This document shows, piece by piece, positions 54,012-61,651 of a stretch of DNA of 64,000 nucleotides (position 1 is its first letter; each line of letters begins with the position of its first letter). The stretch spans positions 12,958 through 76,957 of the forward strand of contig CAIXQW010000256.1 in NCBI GenBank assembly GCA_903921675.1. The letters are read 5' to 3'. This stretch comes from an uncultured bacterium. Lineage in GTDB: Bacteria; Bacteroidota; Bacteroidia; Chitinophagales; Chitinophagaceae. The translations under genes were made by a program, and so were the position numbers. Below the pieces are notes generated by a model. That model was not told the DNA's origin and searched no databases. It saw only the letters and a program-made list of their open reading frames with translations.

Positions 54012-55079
54012 TTATTGAATCTGATAACCCATGTATGCTAACCCTTGCGGAATAGCCACTTGATTATCTTTTAATATTTGTATGATGGTTTTTATTTCGT
54101 TTGGTATTGCATCTGCAGGTGTAGATGCGCTGATGCTATTTTGCTTTTCTTGTGCAGATAATTGTTCACCTTTCATTTGCTTTACATTATAGTCGTCGCT
54201 ACCTTGGCGGCGCTCTGTTTTGGTATGTGTAATAGCAATGTACTGCACTAATATTTGCATTGCCAAAGAAAGTGCTTCAGACTTTTGTTGTTTATTTAAT
54301 GCCGCTTTTGCAGGGTTTACCAAATTCAATAATGCGTTTTCAAAATAGGCTGCATCTGCATCGCGCACTTCTTTTAGTTGTTGTTGCAAATCGCGCAATT
54401 GCTCTAGCAACCCATGATTAGTAGCTTGCAATTGTACAATTTGTTGATTGGCATTGGTAATATCATGGCTGATAGATGTGTTGATAGATGAATTTTCTGT
54501 ACTAGGATTTTTAGAAGAAGATTTCATTTTTTCTCTAATCAATAAACCAGTTAGCAAAGCTGTAATTCCTGCTAAACTCCAAAGCAATACATCACTATTC
54601 TTTTTTTCTTTTGGTAGCAAATCGCTGCCATATTCTACAGTGGTTTGGTTTTCCGGATTCGCTTCTGAAGTTGGATCAACATTTGCAGTAGCTCCACTTT
54701 CTTTTTCGTTTACAAACTTTATATTGCCTCCTTTATCTGCTGCACGATTGATCAATTGCTCCAACAAAGGCATGCCTGCATATTTTTTTGCATCTACAGT
54801 ATCGTACTGCACTTTTAAATCTTGCTGCTGTGTAGTTGTAAACTGCAATAAATTTACCTTGCCTACATCTACATTATTTTTTGCTCGCCACATATTTTTT
54901 GCATCTTTTGCTATCGAAAACGAGTCGGTATTTATATTGCAAGATATTACACAGTATTTTTCGTTTACACGTATAGATGCATTGTATGGATAATCTTTTA
55001 GCTTGCGCACATGATCGTTTTGTGCTACTACAGTTGTGGCAGAAAATAATGTAAGCCCAATAATAATTCCAAGTTTCAT
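54012..55079 (-). CDS. type I single-pass membrane protein: ~150-aa periplasmic domain, one TM helix, ~175-aa cytoplasmic coiled-coil tail
   Basis: Signal peptide MKLGIIIGLTLFSATTVVAQ and helix VLLWSLAGITALLTGLLI followed by REKMK. Heptad-like QQIVQLQATNHGLLEQLRDLQQQLKEVRD follows. Confidence 0.6.
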   Translation of the reverse strand: MKLGIIIGLTLFSATTVVAQNDHVRKLKDYPYNASIRVNEKYCVISCNINTDSFSIAKDAKNMWRAKNNVDVGKVNLLQFTTTQQQDLKVQYDTVDAKKYAGMPLLEQLINRAADKGGNIKFVNEKESGATANVDPTSEANPENQTTVEYGSDLLPKEKKNSDVLLWSLAGITALLTGLLIREKMKSSSKNPSTENSSINTSISHDITNANQQIVQLQATNHGLLEQLRDLQQQLKEVRDADAAYFENALLNLVNPAKAALNKQQKSEALSLAMQILVQYIAITHTKTERRQGSDDYNVKQMKGEQLSAQEKQNSISASTPADAIPNEIKTIIQILKDNQVAIPQGLAYMGYQIQ

Positions 55080-55098
55080 AATATGTTGCAGTGTTTAA

Positions 55099-57708
55099 TT
55101 AGAATAATAAATCGTTTGTAGTTGGTGGCGGAGGAGGTGGTGGCGTATTGATATCAAATAACAATGGATTGAAAGTAGTATTAGTTTGTTTGGCAGTAAC
55201 AGGCAATCCTTTTACATCATCATTTAAGCATCTTAAATAATTTGTATTGATATAGTTTGGAAATAATGATGGAACAATCAATTTCAACTCTACTTCATCA
55301 TAATCATGAATTACAGATAATGGAATTATTTTTTCTACTTTGCCTTGCAGCATTCTGCGCACTTTAAAACCTGTGCTTGTAAAATTGATGGTGGCTTTAC
55401 TTGCAGCTTGCACATTATCTGCAATAGATTTATTGCCTAAGTTATAGGCAGTTGCGCCAATAATAAATTCGCTTGTTTGCAAGCCTTCTAACTGCAAGTT
55501 GGCATCTTTTTTTACAAATACTTTTTTATCTGTATTGCTTGCTTCTATGCTACCTACTAAATATTCAAACCACTTTTTGCTGGTCACTTTTGCTTCTTTG
55601 ATTGGCGGCGGGGCTTCGCCTTTTATAATTTGAATTGGGTGCCCAACTACATCTGTATTTTGTTGGATAGATTTATTAAACACACCTTTGATGCAAATAT
55701 CTTTCAGCTCGCTACCAGATAACAATGCAATTTTATTTTCGGCAATTTGCAATCTAGTTTGCAGTTTGCTTTTCATCATAGCGGCTAATGGCGCAAACAT
55801 AAATCCTCTACCTGTAAGCACTACACCATCAAAGTCGTGGTCTGTTTTGTTTTGTTGAATCATGCTAAGATGTGCAATTACTTTTTCGGTAATGGCTTCG
55901 CATACATCATTGATATAGCCAAACAAATCGCCACCAAATTCCATTTGTCCAAGCAAATCTATAATGGTTTGAAAATCTACATCATTGCTTGCTACATTAC
56001 TCCAAGTATTATCTAGTTTTTTTGCATTTGCCCAATCTGCAAATACTACATCTACATTATCTGTTTTAAAATTAAATTTTAGGCGCTCTATTTCTGTATA
56101 AAACTTAGTAATCAAAACCAAGTTATTACCTTTTAGCTCGTCTATAATTTTTGTATTAATATATCTATTCACGCCACTTTGCCCATTACTAGCTTCGCGT
56201 ATGTAATGCAATAGTGTTTCAAAAATTGCATTGGTAATTAAATTACCTGCACCAGCAAATCCGTTTCTATAAATTGGCTGTAGGTCAAAAATATTTTCTG
56301 CGCCTGTTCTAATAATAGAAAAGTCTGTAGTTCCTTTTCCTACATCTACTATTATATAATCTTTGTTTTTATTTACAACTGCGTTTTTTCTATTGATGTA
56401 CCCAATAAAAGAAGCATCGCTTTCAGAGATGGTCAATACTTCCCAAGCTAATAATTTTCCTTTGTAAGCATCGCTATTAGCTAGTTCTGCAAATATTTTA
56501 TTGAGTTGAATTTTTGTGTTTTGAATATTAGCACTGTCATATATATTTGGTACTAATAATAGTAATCTTACAAAACGAGTAGCATTTTTATAACGCAGAA
56601 ATTCTTTTTGCAAGAAGGACTCTAGCATCGTTTTTAAAATGGTATTATTTACTTTTTGTTTTATTTCTTTTAAAGTAAGCGGTAAAGTATGATTGGCAGC
56701 ATCATTAAATTCAAAATTAATACTGCTTAAAATTTCGTTGTGTTGATGAATTATTTTTAGGTTTGGCAATTGATGAAATTTGTTATTCACCAACTCTTGC
56801 ATACTATTGGTATCTATCAATAGTTTTAGATTTTCTGCTTGCGATTTTATAAATTCGCTTGCATCAATATCTTCGTAATTATCTGTAAGATGCTCGCGCA
56901 AAAAGAAAAGTGACTTATAAAAATTACTTCCTTTGTCTTCTTGATAATAACTAGCTTGCTCATTGCGTTCTATCCATTTGTTATTAGTATAAAACAATTT
57001 TATTTGTTGAAATAAATTTTCGATACTTGGCTTATCCTCGTATATCACATTGCCTACTTCGTAACGCTTAGTAGCCATTTGGCTACTTTCGCTACCAAAG
57101 TCTAATGCAATACCCAAAAACTGAGATGGATGCGCCAAAGAAACTCCAATGGCAAATACATACTCTTGTTGGTTTGCATGCAATATTATTTTTACGGCCA
57201 ATTCATTACTTTCAAACAACTGTGCAGTAATAGGTGCAGTATGTACACAACTTAATTGCACACCATTGGCATCGCTGCGTAATTGCACTCCTATTTGCGT
57301 ATTAATATTGCCCAACACTTTTGCTATTATTGGAACCGAAGAAATGATCGGATTTGGCTTTGGTTTTCCTGCAGTAGCATTTAAAATATCTTCGTAAAAG
57401 TGCTCTTTCTTTTTTTCTTCTATAATAGGAGCTTCTTGCTTCAGTAATTGTTCCTTTGCATACAAATGGATAGTTGCTTCATTGCCTAACAAATTACCAT
57501 CTACCTCTATATCGTGTAATGCAATGTCAAATTCATTTTCTACAAAACAAGTAAACATGTTTTTTGCATTTATTTGCATTACTTGCACAGCATCACTATC
57601 TGCTAGTTCTACAATAAAATGTTGCGGATTAGATAGTTTTGCAGCGTTATTAAATTCTGCATTTATTTCTCTGCGATGATTGATAGTAATAGGTATTGCG
57701 TATTGCAT
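55099..57708 (-). CDS. cytoplasmic actin/Hsp70 (ASKHA)-fold ATPase with ~195-aa N-terminal and ~170-aa C-terminal extensions
   Basis: 869 aa with no signal peptide or TM helix. Phosphate-1 is IALDFGSESS (Asp203), phosphate-2 is IIVDVGKGTTDFSII (Asp455), and the adenosine-like motif is GVVLTGRGFMFAPL. The C-terminus is PPPPPPPTTNDLLF. Confidence 0.72.
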   Translation of the reverse strand: MQYAIPITINHRREINAEFNNAAKLSNPQHFIVELADSDAVQVMQINAKNMFTCFVENEFDIALHDIEVDGNLLGNEATIHLYAKEQLLKQEAPIIEEKKKEHFYEDILNATAGKPKPNPIISSVPIIAKVLGNINTQIGVQLRSDANGVQLSCVHTAPITAQLFESNELAVKIILHANQQEYVFAIGVSLAHPSQFLGIALDFGSESSQMATKRYEVGNVIYEDKPSIENLFQQIKLFYTNNKWIERNEQASYYQEDKGSNFYKSLFFLREHLTDNYEDIDASEFIKSQAENLKLLIDTNSMQELVNNKFHQLPNLKIIHQHNEILSSINFEFNDAANHTLPLTLKEIKQKVNNTILKTMLESFLQKEFLRYKNATRFVRLLLLVPNIYDSANIQNTKIQLNKIFAELANSDAYKGKLLAWEVLTISESDASFIGYINRKNAVVNKNKDYIIVDVGKGTTDFSIIRTGAENIFDLQPIYRNGFAGAGNLITNAIFETLLHYIREASNGQSGVNRYINTKIIDELKGNNLVLITKFYTEIERLKFNFKTDNVDVVFADWANAKKLDNTWSNVASNDVDFQTIIDLLGQMEFGGDLFGYINDVCEAITEKVIAHLSMIQQNKTDHDFDGVVLTGRGFMFAPLAAMMKSKLQTRLQIAENKIALLSGSELKDICIKGVFNKSIQQNTDVVGHPIQIIKGEAPPPIKEAKVTSKKWFEYLVGSIEASNTDKKVFVKKDANLQLEGLQTSEFIIGATAYNLGNKSIADNVQAASKATINFTSTGFKVRRMLQGKVEKIIPLSVIHDYDEVELKLIVPSLFPNYINTNYLRCLNDDVKGLPVTAKQTNTTFNPLLFDINTPPPPPPPTTNDLLF

Positions 57709-58087
57709 AATTTGATGAAGTACAATGAAGATATAAAAGTAAATAATAAAAAGGAGTACGGAAGCTTTTTAAGAAAAATTTAGCGAATGAATCTATCTAA
57801 AATTGCTTTCTTTTTTAGTAACTAAACTATTGGTTTTATGTTTATAGACAAGAAGAAACTTTTTTCAGTTATTAAATACTTTAAAAAATACCCGAGCTTA
57901 ATTATGAAAATCTGCATAAATAAGCAACCTTGGCAAGATGCGCATCTTCTTAAAAAGCTTTAAAATCAATAATAGCTTACATTGTGGCTGCTATTACAAT
58001 ACCTCCTCTTCATTTTTTATTCTACTTGATTTTCTATAATTTAAATTCCATGTTGGCTAAATAATTATTAGCAATTAATTGAATTTC

Positions 58088-58095
58088 CAAAAATA
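58088..58095 (-). promoter_or_regulatory. only TAnnTTTG match (TATTTTTG) in the 426-bp region upstream of the ATPase gene
   Basis: The plus strand reads caaaaata. It lies 379 nt upstream of the ATG at 57708 and 39 nt downstream of the eptA-like stop. A chance match is possible. Confidence 0.25.
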
Positions 58096-58134
58096 GAAAT
58101 AAATATTCCCACTAATTGTTTAATGTTTTTTTCA

Positions 58135-59736
58135 TTACTTTTTAATAGGGGTGTATGGGCTACCATTACTCAATGTTCTTGGCTTTTCTATAAATTCTTT
58201 ACAGAATAAGCTTTCTTGCAAAGGCATATTTTTTCCACCTACATTCATCCAGGTGCAAAGTGTGTAAAAAAATCGATGGAGTTGATAGGGTTTTGCTTTG
58301 TTGATTAATAAACTATCTGGCACATTCCAAGTAATAAATGGCACATCATGCAACCACGGATTGCCGCCTTGTGGCGTATGGCCCAAAAAATCTCTATAGT
58401 CATAAATTTCTTCGGCATGGTCGCTAAAGTAGATGGATTGTGTGTTTGGCGTTTTGCTTAGCAAATTAAAAATGCTGTCTAATAAAAAATCATTATACAA
58501 CACAGCATTGTCATATTCGTTTAGCACTTGTCGTTTTACATCGCTATTAGCACATGGAAAAAATTGATGTGTAGTATCTGTGCTATTAAACACATTAAAG
58601 CTTGCAGGGTATCTATTTTTATATTGAAAATGTGTGCCCATTAAATGCAATACTATCAATTTGTTTTGCGCAGTGTCTTGCAAAGCTTTTTGCAGCTCAG
58701 GCATTAATAAAATATCGAATCTATCTTTAGGTTCTATTTTATTTTTTGTGGCATCATCTATGGCAAAATAAGTATGCTTTGCTCTGCTAGTAGCCATGGT
58801 GATAGAATTATAAAAAATACCATCCTTAGCTTGGTTGCTTATCCAAAAAGTTTTCATGCCTACAGCATTTGCGATATCTAAAATATTAGGGCAAGAAAAA
58901 TCGTGAGTAGCATTACTGCCACACGGCATCGTTAGGCATCTACTAAGGCATTCCACAGTACTTGTATTGCTACTAATTACATCTGTAAACAAGCTGATAT
59001 CATTGCGTTTGCTTAATAATGGCGTAGTGTTTCTGCAGTAATTATACATACCAAAATGATGGCGCGAAGTACTTTCTCCAATAATTAAAACATAAGTATT
59101 GCCATGTCCATTTTGCAATTTTTGAAATTGAAATGGAGCTAAAGTTTTTTGCATTTGCACACTATCAATTACAATATTTTTATAATAGGTTTTTAAAACG
59201 TCATTGCCTACGTATTCATCTTTCAAAAAACCTGCCTTATCGCCTTTGGCATTTGCAAAAAATAAATAATAAGAAGCACCAATTAGCAATGTAGAAAAAA
59301 CAATCCATTTTTGTTTTTTAGTAAAAAAATATAGATAATGCTTGCTTCTATAAATAAAAACAATAGCTACTACAATGCCTATCAATACAATAATAATTGC
59401 CCACATTGGTATAGTAGTAACTGTATATTCTACAAGCTCTTGCCAATACGATTCGTATAAAATTTTTAGCGCTAATTCGTTAAATGGGGCATGCTCTTGT
59501 ATATAATGTCCTGTTTCGGTAAGACTCCAAGCAAATGTAAATATGCATAAGATTAACCAAAATATTTTTCTAAATAAAATATTATTTATAGCTGCATAAG
59601 GCAAAAACAAAACGCATAAAAACGAATAATATAAAATGGCTTGCGCTCCTAAATTTCTACCAATAGCAGTGGCTGCAATTATTGGCAAACTAACTAGTAA
59701 AAAAAGTGTAAAAAATCGGATTAGTAAATGTTTCAA
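58135..59736 (-). CDS. phosphoethanolamine transferase (EptA/MCR-related sulfatase-fold membrane enzyme)
   Basis: 533 aa with a TTG start and about 5 N-terminal TM helices. The sulfatase-fold domain carries LIIGESTSRHHFGMYNYCRNTTP, HLMGTHFQYKNRYP and SDHAEE. Confidence 0.78.
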   Translation of the reverse strand: MKHLLIRFFTLFLLVSLPIIAATAIGRNLGAQAILYYSFLCVLFLPYAAINNILFRKIFWLILCIFTFAWSLTETGHYIQEHAPFNELALKILYESYWQELVEYTVTTIPMWAIIIVLIGIVVAIVFIYRSKHYLYFFTKKQKWIVFSTLLIGASYYLFFANAKGDKAGFLKDEYVGNDVLKTYYKNIVIDSVQMQKTLAPFQFQKLQNGHGNTYVLIIGESTSRHHFGMYNYCRNTTPLLSKRNDISLFTDVISSNTSTVECLSRCLTMPCGSNATHDFSCPNILDIANAVGMKTFWISNQAKDGIFYNSITMATSRAKHTYFAIDDATKNKIEPKDRFDILLMPELQKALQDTAQNKLIVLHLMGTHFQYKNRYPASFNVFNSTDTTHQFFPCANSDVKRQVLNEYDNAVLYNDFLLDSIFNLLSKTPNTQSIYFSDHAEEIYDYRDFLGHTPQGGNPWLHDVPFITWNVPDSLLINKAKPYQLHRFFYTLCTWMNVGGKNMPLQESLFCKEFIEKPRTLSNGSPYTPIKK

Positions 59737-59779
59737 ATGAATAAACTATTTTTTTTAAGTATAAATAATTAGCAGCCGC

Positions 59780-59787
59780 CAAAATTA
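59780..59787 (-). promoter_or_regulatory. candidate -7 box TAATTTTG for the eptA-like gene
   Basis: The plus strand reads caaaatta, 43 nt upstream of the start at 59736. Confidence 0.4.
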
Positions 59788-59907
59788 CTAGAATAAATTG
59801 CCTTGTTTCCTATGGCATTGACCGAAATTATATGATAAAAGTAAGTGTATCAAGTTAATACAACGATAAAAATTACTTAATAATTACTTAACACTGCAAT
59901 AAGGGGC

Positions 59908-59915
59908 TAAATTTG
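59908..59915 (+). promoter_or_regulatory. candidate -7 box TAAATTTG for the fatty-acid hydroxylase gene
   Basis: Exact TAnnTTTG match, 42 nt upstream of the ATG at 59958. Confidence 0.4.
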
Positions 59916-59957
59916 CAACATCTAATTTTATTTAATCACCCTTAAAAAATAAACAGA

Positions 59958-60776
59958 ATGAATTTATCCCATTTTTTTGCAGATGGTCAGAATATTTGGC
60001 AAATACTTTTGTTTGCTGTTGTGTTTTTGGTTTGTTGGAACTTAGAATATTTATTTGGTGTATCTAAAAACTACAACAAGTGGAAACATTCTTTTACCAA
60101 TGCTTTATTCATCATACCTGGTGGCATTATGCAATTGATATTAGGTGTATTATTTGTAAAAGTATTATTGTGGGAAAATGCAAATGGAGTAGGGTTATTA
60201 CCTCGATTGAATTTGGCTAGTAATTGGCAGCAAATAGTTGTAACCTTTATTGTATTAGATTTCTTTTATTGGATGTATCATTTTTTAATGCATAAAATTG
60301 GCTTTGCGTGGCGTTTTCATGCAGTGCATCATAGCGATAAAGTAATGAATGTAACTACATCTCTGCGTGAGCATCCAGGAGAAACATTAATACGCTTAGG
60401 GCACTATATGCTTGCAGTATGGATGCTTGGCACTAGTTTTTGGATTATTACTCTACATCAGTTTATACAAATTGTAAGTAAAATAATTGTGCATAGCAAT
60501 TGGCGCTTGCCAGATAATGTAGATAAATGGGTTAGCTATGTATTTCTTACGCCTAATATGCACCATGTGCATCACCACGAGGAACAGCCTTATACGGATA
60601 GTAACTACGGCGATTTGTTTAGCATTTGGGATAGAGTATTTGGTACATTCCGCTATTTGCCAGCACACGAAGTGCGCTTTGGCTTAGATGTAGAATTGTT
60701 TGATAACGAAGAACAATTAAAGTTTAAGAAACTAATTAAAGTACCTTTTACAAAAGCAAATTTATCTAACGAATAG
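59958..60776 (+). CDS. fatty acid hydroxylase / sterol desaturase superfamily membrane protein
   Basis: 272 aa. The His boxes are HFLMHK, RFHAVHH and HHVHHH, with hydrophobic N-terminal helices. Confidence 0.85.
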   Translation: MNLSHFFADGQNIWQILLFAVVFLVCWNLEYLFGVSKNYNKWKHSFTNALFIIPGGIMQLILGVLFVKVLLWENANGVGLLPRLNLASNWQQIVVTFIVLDFFYWMYHFLMHKIGFAWRFHAVHHSDKVMNVTTSLREHPGETLIRLGHYMLAVWMLGTSFWIITLHQFIQIVSKIIVHSNWRLPDNVDKWVSYVFLTPNMHHVHHHEEQPYTDSNYGDLFSIWDRVFGTFRYLPAHEVRFGLDVELFDNEEQLKFKKLIKVPFTKANLSNE

Positions 60777-60800
60777 ATTAATAAAATTTAATAATATTTT

Positions 60801-60840
60801 AAAGCCATTGTTTATTACTATATAAACGATGGCTTTTTTT
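60801..60840. terminator. rho-independent (probably bidirectional) terminator
   Basis: The 15-bp stem aaagccattgtttat/ataaacgatggcttt has one G-U pair and is followed by T7. It sits between convergent genes. Confidence 0.65.
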
Positions 60841-60848
60841 ATACTGTT

Positions 60849-61058
60849 TTAGACCACTTTTTTAATTGTATTGAAAATAAATTTACCCAATAAATAAACC
60901 ACCGCTAATAATAAAAATAATATACCTGCAACCATTACTATTTCAAAAATATTAGTTGCAATATTGGGCACTCTTACATCATCATCTACATAAAAACCAA
61001 TAATAGATAATATACATGCTAATAAACCAAGTATAAATATTTCTCTCTTTGTCATCAT
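60849..61058 (-). CDS. small two-helix membrane protein
   Basis: 69 aa with two hydrophobic segments (FILGLLACILSIIGFYV and IVMVAGILFLLLAVVYLLG). Short, so uncertain. Confidence 0.45.
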   Translation of the reverse strand: MMTKREIFILGLLACILSIIGFYVDDDVRVPNIATNIFEIVMVAGILFLLLAVVYLLGKFIFNTIKKVV

Positions 61059-61083
61059 TCCTAAAAACGGGAGAATGTACTAA

Positions 61084-61593
61084 TTATTGTAATTTCTTTT
61101 TAAATATTGGCACTGTGCTGCAAGGCTCGCCATACATAATACTTTTAGCAATAGGTATTAATTTGTTGGTGATGGCAATGTAGGCGTCATCTGGCAATTG
61201 TACATCGCCACAGCCTTTGATTACAATTCTTTTGTCTGCATATTCTGTTACATTTAGTGCAGCAATAGCTTCTCGTAAATAGGTGTTTTTTACAACGTCT
61301 ATATTTCCAAAACGAATATCTTTAGCAATAGGTTGCAAGTAAGTAGCTGCAAGCATATAAGCCCATTGCGGAATAATAGCATCTGCACTACAAGTAATGC
61401 ACACTACTTTATTAGAATAAGCTGTCCAATCTTGCTGCTTCAAAGCTTCGCGATAATCTTTTTCTTTTAATATCAAACCCATAAATAAATACTGTTGGAT
61501 ATCAAACAACATGAAATCTTCTTTAGATAAATAGTTCTCTAAATTGATAGTAATAATGCCACTCTCTGCTACTTTGTTTACAAAAGTTTCCAT
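61084..61593 (-). CDS. DUF2480-like protein
   Basis: 169 aa. The N-terminus METFVNKVAESGIITINLENY resembles my recollection of the Bacteroidota DUF2480 family. I did not search. Confidence 0.5.
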   Translation of the reverse strand: METFVNKVAESGIITINLENYLSKEDFMLFDIQQYLFMGLILKEKDYREALKQQDWTAYSNKVVCITCSADAIIPQWAYMLAATYLQPIAKDIRFGNIDVVKNTYLREAIAALNVTEYADKRIVIKGCGDVQLPDDAYIAITNKLIPIAKSIMYGEPCSTVPIFKKKLQ

Positions 61594-61597
61594 GCTG

Positions 61598-61605
61598 CAA
61601 AGATA
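61598..61605 (-). promoter_or_regulatory. candidate -7 box TATCTTTG for the DUF2480-like gene
   Basis: The plus strand reads caaagata, 4 nt upstream of the ATG at 61593. Confidence 0.35.
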
Positions 61606-61651
61606 GGTGCAATTAATAAACTAAAAAAAGTAAATGGTTCCTAGCAAAATA

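Noticed and set aside
54448-54993. 181-aa plus-strand ORF antisense to the 355-aa operon gene. Similar antisense ORFs occur at 33609-33965, 35540-35893, 35969-36361, 14357-14671, 18105-18416 and 21849-22235.
   Set aside because: All lie entirely inside longer ORFs with recognisable domains, signal peptides or motifs on the other strand. Their compositions are the low-complexity mirror of the sense frame.
55099-55160. C-terminal ...NDLLF of the ATPase as a beta-clamp-binding motif (QL[SD]LF), given that dnaN is in the same window.
   Set aside because: The defining Gln is absent, the dnaN gene is 24 kb away in an unrelated context, and the operon content points to the envelope. I kept it only as a generic docking-peptide idea.
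57836-57961. 41-codon plus-strand ORF (MFIDKKKLFSVIKYFKKYPSLIMKICINKQPWQDAHLLKKL) in the region upstream of the operon.
   Set aside because: It is too short, has no recognisable family and no -7 box in front, and it points away from the operon. It is most likely chance.
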